Origin: a virus | Lineage: Duplodnaviria > Caudoviricetes | IMG/VR virus record: IMGVR_UViG_3300014204_000113 | Span: 1 to 64,000 of that record | DNA: 64,000 nucleotides | Strand: one strand, 5' to 3' | Shown here: piece by piece, positions 19,518 through 28,961 of the stretch | Position numbering within the stretch: the stretch's first letter is position 1 | How the letters are laid out: each line of letters starts with the position of its first letter | Translations under genes and position numbers: made by a program | Notes under the pieces: generated by a model | What the model saw: only the letters and a program-made list of their open reading frames with translations | Databases searched by the model: none | What the model was told of the DNA's origin: nothing

Positions 19518-19601
19518 AGACCAAAACAGCTTGAGGAATAACACAGAGAGACTACGGGGTGCGGCCTACCCGCACCCCAATTACTAAAAGGAGGGTTAAG
19601 A

Positions 19602-19820
19602 ATGTGGTGGCGTAAACTATATGTATTTCTTAAAGGTAAAAATAGCAAGTTAGTATGGTTGCATGATTTTAATGGTGAAATATTTTTACGAATTGCATGG
19701 CAATCTCATTCGGGTCAATGGTATGCCTATAGATTTTGGAGTATTAAAAGAGTGGTCTTTCTTAATGATGATAAGACCACTTCTGGAGTTAGTTATGTTA
19801 CAAAGTGGTCTAACTTCTAA
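19602..19820 (+). CDS. hypothetical protein
   Basis: AGGAGG RBS. Confidence 0.65.
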   Translation: MWWRKLYVFLKGKNSKLVWLHDFNGEIFLRIAWQSHSGQWYAYRFWSIKRVVFLNDDKTTSGVSYVTKWSNF

Positions 19821-19836
19821 ATTAAGGGGTAAATAA

Positions 19837-20244
19837 ATGAAAATTATCATCATCATTATGTCGTTGCTTTTAATTGGATGCGCTTCCACGGGGCATAAAA
19901 TCGACCAATCAGCAGTCAGCCGGATTCAAAACGGCGTGACTACCAAGGCGGAAGTGATCAACTTGATTGGCAGCCCGGAAATGATCACCAAGAAAGGCAA
20001 CGGGGACACGGTTTTCGTCTACCATTATATCCGTTCGTCCGTGAAGCCAGCTACCTTTATTCCGTACATCGGAGCGTTTGTTGGCGGGGCCGACACCCAA
20101 CAACAAATGACCAATATCACCTTTGGGCCAGACGGGATAGTCAAAGACTATTCCAGCACCCAAGGCGGCATGGAGACCAACATGAACCTGACCGCCGGAG
20201 ACCGACCCAATACTCCTGAAATCGATGAAGGCAAAAGGAAGTGA
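19837..20244 (+). CDS. BamE/SmpA-OmlA-like outer-membrane lipoprotein
   Basis: lipobox LLIGC; IQNGVTTKAEVINLIGSP..ITFGPDGIVKDY. Confidence 0.8.
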   Translation: MKIIIIIMSLLLIGCASTGHKIDQSAVSRIQNGVTTKAEVINLIGSPEMITKKGNGDTVFVYHYIRSSVKPATFIPYIGAFVGGADTQQQMTNITFGPDGIVKDYSSTQGGMETNMNLTAGDRPNTPEIDEGKRK

Positions 20245-20425
20245 GATAAAAATTGAAAGTCAAAACCAAAACAAAAGAACCCAAAATCGGCTCAAGGCAG
20301 AACCCGGAAAGAACGGTTCCGAAAGATTGCTTTGAGAAGAAGAAAGACGGCAAAGTGGTGGTGGGATATAAGGATTATAAACCGTTTGAACCTTATTCTA
20401 AAAGAAAATAAAGGAGGATAAAACA

Positions 20426-20782
20426 ATGTCTTTTGGGTTGGATTACCTTAAAAATGAAATTATGGAAGGCGTTTGTTTGGAATCTGTTGCAAGTCAGCCG
20501 ATAATGAAACGGACAGTACAATTAATTCTAATCAACGCTTCTGTTTTAGGTGGATTGTTTGACCAAGAGGTTTTTGATGATCCTAATTACACGATGGGAA
20601 AAAGCATCATAGAATTAGAAACCTCCTTAAATAACGACGCAAACATAAAATTAGTGGCATATAAACAATTTACAAAAGACCAATGGCTGTCTCTTTTTAA
20701 AGCGGCAAAAGACAAAGGCGAAATTGACGAAAAAGAATATCAAAGATTGGTAAATAACCATTCAAAAGGGGGTTCAATCTAA
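20426..20782 (+). CDS. hypothetical protein
   Basis: AGGAGG RBS. Confidence 0.7.
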   Translation: MSFGLDYLKNEIMEGVCLESVASQPIMKRTVQLILINASVLGGLFDQEVFDDPNYTMGKSIIELETSLNNDANIKLVAYKQFTKDQWLSLFKAAKDKGEIDEKEYQRLVNNHSKGGSI

Positions 20783-20912
20783 TGTCATTAAAAGATTGCC
20801 CAAAATGTTGAGACAAAAGCAACCATTTGTAACGGATGTGTATTTCTCTGTCAAGAAATATTAGATGGTAAAGATACAGTTAAAATTGAATTAAAATAAG
20901 GAGGACTAAATA

Positions 20913-21110
20913 ATGCAAGACGAAAGGTGCAATGGTTGCAACAAATTGGTAGAAGTTGATGGTGAAATCAAGTGCAAAACATATCCTAACCCTGCGGCAA
21001 TATGGCGACGTGGCGGATGTGCTTTATGTTCAACCATTGAAAGAATTAAAGAAGAAAAGAAAAAAATTAATCCTTTAAAAGCCAGCAAGAGGGCTAAAAA
21101 GGGGAAATAA
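20913..21110 (+). CDS. PxxKW-family cysteine-rich protein
   Basis: CNGC..CKTYPNPAAIWRRGGC..KKINPLKASKR. Confidence 0.7.
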   Translation: MQDERCNGCNKLVEVDGEIKCKTYPNPAAIWRRGGCALCSTIERIKEEKKKINPLKASKRAKKGK

Positions 21111-21134
21111 TCTTGAATTAAAGGAGGAAATTAA

Positions 21135-21416
21135 ATGGGCTTTTTCGAAAATTTGCTTAAAGCGGATGAAGGGATGTGGAATCAACACTTGCAAAACAAA
21201 TACGGACCCATAAACGGGATGTTAGTTTGTCCCCATTGCGGAGTTAAAGGGAAAATCCATGTCAAACCCACCACGCAGAAAAGAGGTATTGATGGCGGCA
21301 AAGCTACTGCGGCAGTATTCACTTGCGGATTATCTATGCTGCTGACTGGATTGTCCAAGATGGAGAGGGCGAATAAACTTTATTGCGAAAGCTGCGAGAT
21401 GTCTTGGGTTGTGTGA
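21135..21416 (+). CDS. Zn-ribbon protein with hydrophobic segment
   Basis: CPHC..KRGIDGGKATAAVFTCGLSMLLTGLS..CESC. Confidence 0.75.
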   Translation: MGFFENLLKADEGMWNQHLQNKYGPINGMLVCPHCGVKGKIHVKPTTQKRGIDGGKATAAVFTCGLSMLLTGLSKMERANKLYCESCEMSWVV

Positions 21417-21730
21417 TATAAATTTTTCATAAAAGGAGGATTTATCGCATGGCTAAAACCATTCATATTGTTCCTGTCGAATATCATTTTGACAAGAATG
21501 GTAATTCATTACCAAAACCTGTCAAGAAATGCGTCAAGGTGGATGACTTCAAAAACTTTGACAGGACTTATGATGGTGATGGCAAAAGAATTTTTGAGAG
21601 GAGGGGTGAATGACTTGGGGTGAATTTAAAAAGTTGGCAGAAAAAGCTGGGATAACAGATGATATGGAAATATTCTATATAGACACTGGCAATTATCCAG
21701 AAGAAAAGTATATTTCTTTTTATCCAGCAG

Positions 21731-22135
21731 ATGAAAAAGAAGGAATTTCAATTGGATAAAAGAAACTACCTAAACAAAACCAAACCTTTGCAAGAAGCGA
21801 TATCATTCTTTGAAAGGGGTGATAGTAAATTATATGCTGGTGAAGCCGACCTATCAAAAATAGATAATTCTTTAATTAGTAGATATATCGATACAACCAA
21901 AAAAGAAATATGGTATTATTTCAATAGGCTAATTGTACCTAGGCCATTAAGAGGCCAAGGATTATCTAAAATATTATTACAGAGGGTGGTTAATTGGGCA
22001 GATGAAAACAAAGTAAATATTTGGCTTGAGATAAATCCTTACGGACCTCTGAATATGACACAATTGACAAAATTATATTCAAGATATGGATTTACTGAGG
22101 TTAAACAAGGCTTGATGATAAGGAGAGTGAAATAA
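21731..22135 (+). CDS. GNAT-family acetyltransferase
   Basis: RLIVPRPLRGQGLSKILL..LYSRYGF. Confidence 0.85.
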   Translation: MKKKEFQLDKRNYLNKTKPLQEAISFFERGDSKLYAGEADLSKIDNSLISRYIDTTKKEIWYYFNRLIVPRPLRGQGLSKILLQRVVNWADENKVNIWLEINPYGPLNMTQLTKLYSRYGFTEVKQGLMIRRVK

Positions 22136-22512
22136 TGATAAATAAAAAACAAATAGAAGAAATAATGAGACTCAAAGATGTTCTTAAAGTTGAAGTTGAA
22201 AAAGAACAAACAACTATTTTAACTTCTGATATTTACATGGACAATATTTTGTTAGGTAGATATAAAATAATCTTAAAACCTTATAGTGGAGAAGAAAATA
22301 ATCCCTATATAATACGGCTTGATGCCTTTATAAATGTTATCTTCAGCCATCTTTCCAATGCAGCTATTGTCTATGACAGGTTGCAAGATATCATTCCGTC
22401 ACCTGAACTTGAGGAACAAAAACAAAAGGTGATTGAAGTGCAAAACGAAGCGTTAAATGTTTTCAATCTGATGATTGATGAAAGAGAAGAAAGAAAGGAA
22501 AAAGATAAATGA
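22135..22512 (+). CDS. hypothetical protein
   Basis: start overlaps upstream stop. Confidence 0.65.
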   Translation: MINKKQIEEIMRLKDVLKVEVEKEQTTILTSDIYMDNILLGRYKIILKPYSGEENNPYIIRLDAFINVIFSHLSNAAIVYDRLQDIIPSPELEEQKQKVIEVQNEALNVFNLMIDEREERKEKDK

Positions 22513-22739
22513 TAAACATTGATGGCGAAAAGAATATAGCAATTGAAACTTTGCGCCACTATTGGCTAAAGAGCAGATTGTCAGATGGTCAATTTATCAA
22601 AGAAGTTATGAAACTAACAGGAAGAATTATCTATCAGATGAATGGATTCAGACTAACCAGATTAGGACAAGTAAAACTGGTTGAATATCCAAAAGGCTGG
22701 GCTATCATAAGAAAGGACAAAACCTTATATGCCGAATGA
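22509..22739 (+). CDS. hypothetical protein
   Basis: ATGA overlap with upstream gene. Confidence 0.6.
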   Translation: MINIDGEKNIAIETLRHYWLKSRLSDGQFIKEVMKLTGRIIYQMNGFRLTRLGQVKLVEYPKGWAIIRKDKTLYAE

Positions 22740-22758
22740 AATTTTATATAAAGGTTCA

Positions 22759-22845
22759 TTTTGCTGGCACGGCGAATCGTGAATGTTCTGTCTAAATTCA
22801 GACAGCTTTTTGGATATTATCCAAAGACTCCATCCCGAGTCTCAA
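22759..22845 (-). ncRNA. TnpB2 omegaRNA core scaffold plus guide
   Basis: hairpins and AACATTCAC end at 22779; guide GATTCGCCGTGCCAGCAAAA. Confidence 0.75.
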
Positions 22846-23916
22846 TATGTTAATTGCAGCATTATGATCTCTATCTAACACTAAACCACAATGAGGGCAA
22901 GAATGTATTCTGACAGACAAGTCTTTATCAACAATTTGACTGCAAGAAGAACACTTCTTGCTAGTGTTTCGAGGATTAATGAATATGACTTTTCTACCAG
23001 CATATTCTGCTTTGTAGACGGTCATATTCATAAATTGATTCCAAGCAACATTACCTATAGATTTTCTAATCCCTTTGAAAGATTTATCTTTCATTTGTTC
23101 GATATTCAATTTCTCAAAAACTATGATTTGATTCTCATTCACAATTCTTCTAGACAATTTATGGGCAAAATCGATTCTTTTGTTTACAATCTTAGAATGA
23201 ATCTTAGCAACAATCTTTTTGAGTTTATTTCTTTTAAAAGAGCCTTTTTTCTCTTTACTGAGTTTTCTCTGACATTTAGTAAGTTTGTCTTCACTTTCTT
23301 TAAAGAATCTAGGATTATCAACTTTCTCACCATCAGAAAATGTTGCAAAGTTGATAAGACCGACATCAATTCCAATAGATTTGTCAATAATAGGCAATTT
23401 AATATTTTCAACTTCACAACTAAAACAAGCATACCATTTGCCGGTGGAATCTCTTCCGATAGTAAGTGTCTTAATTTTTCCTTCAGTTGGTCTATGTTGT
23501 TTGATTCTGACAGAGCCAATTTTAGACATCTTAAGTTTGTTGTCAACAAGTTTAAAACCATCTTGAGTAAATGTAAAAGAATTATATCTGTCATAACCTT
23601 GAAATCTTGGATATCCTGGTTTGTCACCAGATTTTATTCTTCTGAAAAAAGATTTAAAAGCTTTGTCAAGCCTGTCTTGTGCATTTCTAAGACAATGGAT
23701 ATGAATATCTTTAAGTTCTGGTTTGGTTTTTCTCCATTCTGGGATAAACTTTTGAGTGTCATACAAACCAAGACTTTTCTTTTCTTCTTCCCAACTCTTT
23801 TTGCAAACTTCCAAAGTCTTATTATATACCCATCTGCAACCATCAAGATAAGATTGCAAAGATTTCTTCTGTTTGGAAGTAGGATAAATCCTGAATTTAA
23901 ATGTTTTCATGCTCAT
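22798..23916 (-). CDS. tnpB: RNA-guided endonuclease TnpB, copy 2
   Basis: GIDVG / FEKL / DRDHNAAINI intact RuvC triad; CSSC..CPHC. Confidence 0.95.
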   Translation of the reverse strand: MSMKTFKFRIYPTSKQKKSLQSYLDGCRWVYNKTLEVCKKSWEEEKKSLGLYDTQKFIPEWRKTKPELKDIHIHCLRNAQDRLDKAFKSFFRRIKSGDKPGYPRFQGYDRYNSFTFTQDGFKLVDNKLKMSKIGSVRIKQHRPTEGKIKTLTIGRDSTGKWYACFSCEVENIKLPIIDKSIGIDVGLINFATFSDGEKVDNPRFFKESEDKLTKCQRKLSKEKKGSFKRNKLKKIVAKIHSKIVNKRIDFAHKLSRRIVNENQIIVFEKLNIEQMKDKSFKGIRKSIGNVAWNQFMNMTVYKAEYAGRKVIFINPRNTSKKCSSCSQIVDKDLSVRIHSCPHCGLVLDRDHNAAINILRLGMESLDNIQKAV

Positions 23917-23922
23917 GTCTAG

Positions 23923-23973
23923 ATTATAACATATGGGAAAAATAATGCAATAGAAAAGTACAAAATTTTGTAC
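23923..23973 (-). promoter_or_regulatory. tnpB2 promoter with perfect palindromic operator
   Basis: GTACAAAATTTTGTAC (23958-23973)..TTGCAT..TGTTATAAT. Confidence 0.7.
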
Positions 23974-23995
23974 TAGAGATAAGGAGGCGAACTAA

Positions 23996-24226
23996 ATGAT
24001 TTTGTTTAAAGTGGTTTTCTGTTGGCATGGTGAAAGCCATATTTTGTATTCTCATGCTGCCAATGAAACCAAGGCATTTCAAAATTGCTGTGTCCAGTTG
24101 GCAAAGAAATTGGAATATTCGGCAAGCGCGGTTAGAAACTATTTCAGGAATTCGGATAGGTATGAAATTACAAAGGAGAAAAATAATGTTAAACGAATGG
24201 TCTGCCGAAATAATGTGGCCGAATGA
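23996..24226 (+). CDS. hypothetical protein carrying a recoded TnpB2 target-like site
   Basis: AGGAGG RBS; MILFKVVFCWHGESH. Confidence 0.75.
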   Translation: MILFKVVFCWHGESHILYSHAANETKAFQNCCVQLAKKLEYSASAVRNYFRNSDRYEITKEKNNVKRMVCRNNVAE

Positions 24227-24542
24227 AGAATTTTGTAAAAAAGAAGGAAATCATAGAGAAACTTGGGCAGTCACAAATGGATTCTGTACTGGGTGTGGAA
24301 AAAGAGATATTTCACAATGGAATCCAGAAACAGACAAAAATCAACTCTTTGAATTTCTTGAAAAATTACAACTGAACATTCAAATTGAATATAATCCCTA
24401 TAGTATTAGTTCTCAAAAATATTTATGTATAGTTGCAATGGAAAATCCTTATACCCTTCAATATGAATATGGCGAAAATTTAAATACAACGGCGTTGCAA
24501 GCAATAAAAAAGATATTCGATCATAAAGGAGGAAATAAATGA
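24186..24542 (+). CDS. hypothetical protein
   Basis: AAGGAG RBS before ATG 24186. Confidence 0.65.
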   Translation: MLNEWSAEIMWPNEEFCKKEGNHRETWAVTNGFCTGCGKRDISQWNPETDKNQLFEFLEKLQLNIQIEYNPYSISSQKYLCIVAMENPYTLQYEYGENLNTTALQAIKKIFDHKGGNK

Positions 24543-24847
24543 TTGAAGTAACATTACGTTTGATTAAATCAGATTCTTCTGGGAAAGGGTGGAAAGATTA
24601 TAATACATCTCTTGCAATGTTAGACGAAGCCTTCACTGGCTCTTGTGATGGAAATTTCATCTCTGGCCAAGACCGTCGTAATTTCCTTAACGGGGAAAGA
24701 ATTAGATTCAGGATAACTTTCGAACAGTTTGCCAGATTTATCATTTTAAGAAGGGATAAAGATGTGTATAACCGCGTAGGGTGGAGTGATGGGAAAATAT
24801 GTGAAGGTTTAGGAAGAATCATTGATTTGAGAGACAAGAGAAGATAA
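24539..24847 (+). CDS. hypothetical protein
   Basis: GGAGG RBS. Confidence 0.7.
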   Translation: MIEVTLRLIKSDSSGKGWKDYNTSLAMLDEAFTGSCDGNFISGQDRRNFLNGERIRFRITFEQFARFIILRRDKDVYNRVGWSDGKICEGLGRIIDLRDKRR

Positions 24848-24868
24848 AATCAATAAGGAGGTATCAAA

Positions 24869-25321
24869 ATGAGAAGAACCATAGAAGAAATACTAAAAGA
24901 ATTTAATAATAAAGAAATAATTGAAGCGGCAGAAAGATGTCAAAAGCTAAAAATTTCTCCAGAGCAAGGGAAAGCAACAATGAATTTCTTAAATATTTTA
25001 AAAAAGAACCAAAAAAGTGGAGATAAAGGAAAAGTTCTGAATGCAGTAATTTTTGATCTCGCTTTTGGAAACGTCAGATTAAAAGACCATTATCATGAAA
25101 ATATCCCCCTTGACACACGATTTTGGAGAATCCTTGATAGAGATTTTTCATATTTAAATGCTGAAAAGGGAATTTATTGTGAACAATGTTATTTTGGTAG
25201 AGAATACGCCAAAAGAGACTTAGGTTCAAATAGGTTTATTGGCGATTATGTCACCGCTATTGAGTCGTCACCAAAAACAAAAGGCTTCAAATGTGTTGTT
25301 TGTGGTTCAAAAACTCCATAA
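24869..25321 (+). CDS. hypothetical protein with CxxC pairs
   Basis: RBS; CEQC..CVVC. Confidence 0.7.
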   Translation: MRRTIEEILKEFNNKEIIEAAERCQKLKISPEQGKATMNFLNILKKNQKSGDKGKVLNAVIFDLAFGNVRLKDHYHENIPLDTRFWRILDRDFSYLNAEKGIYCEQCYFGREYAKRDLGSNRFIGDYVTAIESSPKTKGFKCVVCGSKTP

Positions 25322-25367
25322 ACAATTAAAACAAAGAGGGTAGAATTCTCACAAAGGAGGTATCAAA

Positions 25368-26108
25368 ATGAGAGAAGGAAGAGATAACAACTTTCTGGAA
25401 ATAGACGGCAAAATCATTGGCATTAATTTAGGCGCTGATTATTGCTCCGAACATGAATGGGGAATTAAAGAATTGAAAAGGCAACTTGGTATTCCTGGAA
25501 TCGAAAAGTTTCTTGGAATAAAAGGTAGGACAACCACTCTCTTTCCAGAAAACCAATTCTTCTTTGATAAAGGAAAAACCCACACTTGTTTAACTTTTGA
25601 GAAGAATTATATCCGTCCACATATTGGATGGAAAAATTATGAATTGGATAACAAACCTAAAAAATTGGCCACGGCTTGGGATGAAGGAACTTTTGGGATC
25701 GTGGTGGAAAACACCCATCAGAAAGTCCTTGAAGAAATATATGAAGCCTTTAAGCGTAAAGATATTTCTCTCTGGTTAGGCGGTGGTCATGTCTTTCAAA
25801 ACGCAGGACTGTGTATCGCCATAACTTCGTTAATTCCAGAAGAATTGACAAACAAAATGCTTCAAGCTGATTTTGATTATCAGGAATTGCAAGAAGCGGC
25901 GAAAGCTACCGGAATTCACAAAATTCTCAAAGGGGCCAAGAAAGAATATTTCGCTTTGTCCCCACGCTGGAAAAACGATGAAAAAACCGAAATCACGTTT
26001 TGGTTAAACCCTTGCGAACAGCAAGAAAACAATTTTGGATGGTATTCTGTAGATGATTTAAAACTGTGGGCGGAAGGGAAAGGGCCTATACCGAAAAAGC
26101 GAAAATAA
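25368..26108 (+). CDS. conserved phage hypothetical protein
   Basis: LGADYCSEHEWGI, ATAWDEGTFG, FALSPRW..FWLNP..NFGWY. Confidence 0.85.
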   Translation: MREGRDNNFLEIDGKIIGINLGADYCSEHEWGIKELKRQLGIPGIEKFLGIKGRTTTLFPENQFFFDKGKTHTCLTFEKNYIRPHIGWKNYELDNKPKKLATAWDEGTFGIVVENTHQKVLEEIYEAFKRKDISLWLGGGHVFQNAGLCIAITSLIPEELTNKMLQADFDYQELQEAAKATGIHKILKGAKKEYFALSPRWKNDEKTEITFWLNPCEQQENNFGWYSVDDLKLWAEGKGPIPKKRK

Positions 26109-26200
26109 TTTTGATTTAAGTACGTTTTTTGCTTGACAAGGCTTTTCAACAATATAAAATATGAATCATCAAATCAACTAATCAAAGGAGGAACAAAATT

Positions 26201-26467
26201 ATGCTGGAAATTCAGAAGGGAGTACCCATGCCGGAAGCGGAAGCGAAGACGCGGAAGAATGCGAAGTACCCGTTTAAGGGTATGGAACTCAATGACAGCT
26301 TTCTTGTCCCTCTCAAGAAGGATGAGGACATCGAGAAGGCCATGGTCAAGGTCAATGCCAATGCCCGCAGGTATGGCAAAGACCTCAGCGCCACCTTTGA
26401 GACCCGCATCGTCAAGGAAGAGAAGACTGGCAAGGTCCAGGGGATCGGTGTGTGGCGGACGAAGTGA
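26201..26467 (+). CDS. small putative DNA-binding protein, probably highly expressed
   Basis: IQKGVPMP..KYPFKGMELNDSFLVP..GIGVWRTK; own promoter and terminator; GC-rich codons. Confidence 0.75.
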   Translation: MLEIQKGVPMPEAEAKTRKNAKYPFKGMELNDSFLVPLKKDEDIEKAMVKVNANARRYGKDLSATFETRIVKEEKTGKVQGIGVWRTK

Positions 26468-26483
26468 GGTGAAGTCAGCCTAA

Positions 26484-26512
26484 TTCCCCTCCTTTATAAA
26501 TAAGGAGGGGAA
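26484..26512 (+). terminator. putative terminator hairpin
   Basis: TTCCCCTCCTT/AAGGAGGGGAA. Confidence 0.6.
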
Positions 26513-26542
26513 ATGGCTTTAAATTAAAAGAAAGGAGGATGG

Positions 26543-26764
26543 ATGAAAATAATAGTTCCAATTTTATCTGCTCTTATTTGTCAAATCATCTTTATTCTTA
26601 GTCTTTCTTATGATATTAAAAAAGAAAATGAAAATTCAAATTATCTACATATAACTAAAGATATTATTCTCAATATAAAATTTCAAATAAATATTTTTAT
26701 AATAAGTTTTTGTGTTGGGACAATGGTCTATATTCTTATGAATGTCAAATGGGTAAATATATAA
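26543..26764 (+). CDS. membrane protein
   Basis: two hydrophobic segments; RBS. Confidence 0.6.
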   Translation: MKIIVPILSALICQIIFILSLSYDIKKENENSNYLHITKDIILNIKFQINIFIISFCVGTMVYILMNVKWVNI

Positions 26765-26799
26765 TACTAAATCCATGAAATAAAAAAGGAGGAAAAACT

Positions 26800-27018
26800 A
26801 TGACCGTAGATGCTTTGAATCAAATCGACAAAACGATTGACACTGGAAAAGGAATAACCCTTGTAGGAGAAGCGGCAAAATCTTGGGTTGATCTCCAATG
26901 GTACAAAGAATTGATTCATGATTTCTTTAGTTTATTGGTTATCGTTGTAGCAATTTATCTTGTTTATAAATATAAAGCAGAAATTAAAAACTTTTTCAAG
27001 GAGTTTGGAGAAGATTGA
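26800..27018 (+). CDS. membrane protein
   Basis: one TM segment; RBS. Confidence 0.65.
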   Translation: MTVDALNQIDKTIDTGKGITLVGEAAKSWVDLQWYKELIHDFFSLLVIVVAIYLVYKYKAEIKNFFKEFGED

Positions 27019-27249
27019 TGAAAGAATAATTAAGAAAAATAAAAGACAAAGAACAAGAGTTGACAGAGGAATTATTAAGACTTACTCACAATAAAGCCAT
27101 ACTTGAAGCAACAATTCTTGTTGAAAGAATAATAACAAAAGCTGAAAAAGAAAATAAAGCAATTATTACATTTACAAAAGGTTATTTACAAGCTTGCGAA
27201 GATATTATCTGTGATCTTCAACTTTTAAAAAAATAAAAGGAGCGACAAT

Positions 27250-27504
27250 ATGAAAACAGTAGAAGATTTAATTAAAATTTTACAAAAACTTCCACCCACT
27301 TTGCCTATTGCAACTCACGCCAATAATCACACCTATATGTCTGGAAATGACGACGGCTCATTAAAAGTTGCTTTACTGAAAACATATGGTGGCGACCATA
27401 TAATAATAGGCAATTTTTATAAGAGAAATTTAAATAAACCAAATTGGTACATAACCGAAGTGTTTGAAGGTGAGAAGGAGATTAACCTATATGAATCTAT
27501 CTGA
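27250..27504 (+). CDS. hypothetical protein
   Basis: MKTVEDLIKILQKLPP N-terminus; RBS. Confidence 0.7.
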   Translation: MKTVEDLIKILQKLPPTLPIATHANNHTYMSGNDDGSLKVALLKTYGGDHIIIGNFYKRNLNKPNWYITEVFEGEKEINLYESI

Positions 27505-28027
27505 AATTCCAAAGATGACCAGAGCACACTATCGCATAACTATCACATTTGATTCTTTGGAAAGAACCATCGAACATTTCAAGGAGACTTGTGAAGAATT
27601 TGGATATGAACTGGAACTCGAACCAGACTTCCAAAGAGGCCATATCTGGCAAAAAGAACAACAAGTTGCTTACATAGAATATATAATGAGGGCAGGATTA
27701 GGTGGAAGAGAAATTTATTTTAATCATCCTGGCTGGATGCACAGTTACAAAGGTGATATGCAATTAGTGGATGGTTTACAAAGAGTCACTGCCATTCTTA
27801 AATTTATGCATAATGAACTGCCTATCTTCAATGGCAATTATCTAAAAGACTTTGAAGACAAAGACTGGGCAATTAGAGATTTAGATTATTCTGTATTTTT
27901 CAATGTGAATAATCTTAAAACAAGAGCCGAAGTTCTTCAATGGTATTTGGATTTAAATTCTGGAATTGCACACACTGATGTTGAAATTGAAAGGGTTAAG
28001 GCGTTATTGAGAAAGGAGAATAAGTGA
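27491..28027 (+). CDS. DUF262 / ParB-like (GmrSD N-terminal type) protein
   Basis: LEPDFQRGHIW and LVDGLQRVTAI motifs. Confidence 0.85.
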   Translation: MNLSEIPKMTRAHYRITITFDSLERTIEHFKETCEEFGYELELEPDFQRGHIWQKEQQVAYIEYIMRAGLGGREIYFNHPGWMHSYKGDMQLVDGLQRVTAILKFMHNELPIFNGNYLKDFEDKDWAIRDLDYSVFFNVNNLKTRAEVLQWYLDLNSGIAHTDVEIERVKALLRKENK

Positions 28028-28171
28028 GAAAATTATATTCTGGAAAACCACTTTATTCTATAGATAAGAAAATTTTATGGTGGTGTGTTAAAACCAAAAA
28101 AGGACGAGTGGAGAACTACTGTTCGCGAAGCCATCTTGAAGGCCATAGAAGACGAAAAAGGGGAATAATTT

Positions 28172-28432
28172 ATGGAGTGGGTACAAGTCTCTAAGCATAA
28201 TCACACAGATGAAGAACATGAGATTTATGGGTTTTCTCTAATCAAATGGGAAGAAAAAGGGAACCCAAACTTCTGGGTGCTATATAGAACGAAAGCGACT
28301 TTGACAAGAGAGGACAGATTGCTTGAAATTCCAAGAGAAACATCGACTGAGAGGGCTAAAGAAATGGCAATGAATTTCATGATTGATAAACTCAGTAATC
28401 AAGAATTGAGAGAATTATATAAGGAGACATAA
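28172..28432 (+). CDS. hypothetical protein
   Basis: RBS present. Confidence 0.65.
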   Translation: MEWVQVSKHNHTDEEHEIYGFSLIKWEEKGNPNFWVLYRTKATLTREDRLLEIPRETSTERAKEMAMNFMIDKLSNQELRELYKET

Positions 28433-28433
28433 A

Positions 28434-28730
28434 ATGACAACCATGTTTGACGAAAGGCTAAAGTCTCAATATGAAGCAGGCCCAGAAGAATTGGAAAGAA
28501 GAGAAAAAGTTTATGACCTTCGTGAAAAAGCAGACAATATCAGAAATGCTTGGGATTCATGGCAAGAGTTCAACAAGTGTTTACATAGCCTTAATCCTCC
28601 ACAAGAAATCGTTGATGCTTGGGACAAGATAAGACCTTGGCTTAAAGAATTGGGAGAAGAAACATTGAAAAATATTGAAGAATTGGGAGAAGAAACATTG
28701 AAAAATATTGAAGAATTGGAAGGGAGGTAA
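28434..28730 (+). CDS. hypothetical protein with C-terminal 33-nt tandem duplication
   Basis: ELGEETLKNIE x2. Confidence 0.65.
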   Translation: MTTMFDERLKSQYEAGPEELERREKVYDLREKADNIRNAWDSWQEFNKCLHSLNPPQEIVDAWDKIRPWLKELGEETLKNIEELGEETLKNIEELEGR

Positions 28731-28961
28731 TTATGAAAAATACAGAGGTTTTATGTCAAACATAATAATCATGAATAAAAATTTAAAATTCCACTCATTT
28801 GAAATCACACTAGAAGGTGAGAGATTTATAGTTTTTGAAGACGAAGATGAAGATTTAATAAAAGTCAATTTAAATGATTTGAATATTATTATAAACACAA
28901 TTAAAGAAGGGGTTGAGGTTGTCAAAAACTTAATGGAAGAATTTATAAAAGGGGGTTATGA

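Noticed and set aside
28644-28720. 33-nt tandem duplication (also an 18-nt one near 50243)
   Set aside because: Simple in-frame slippage duplications with no further structure
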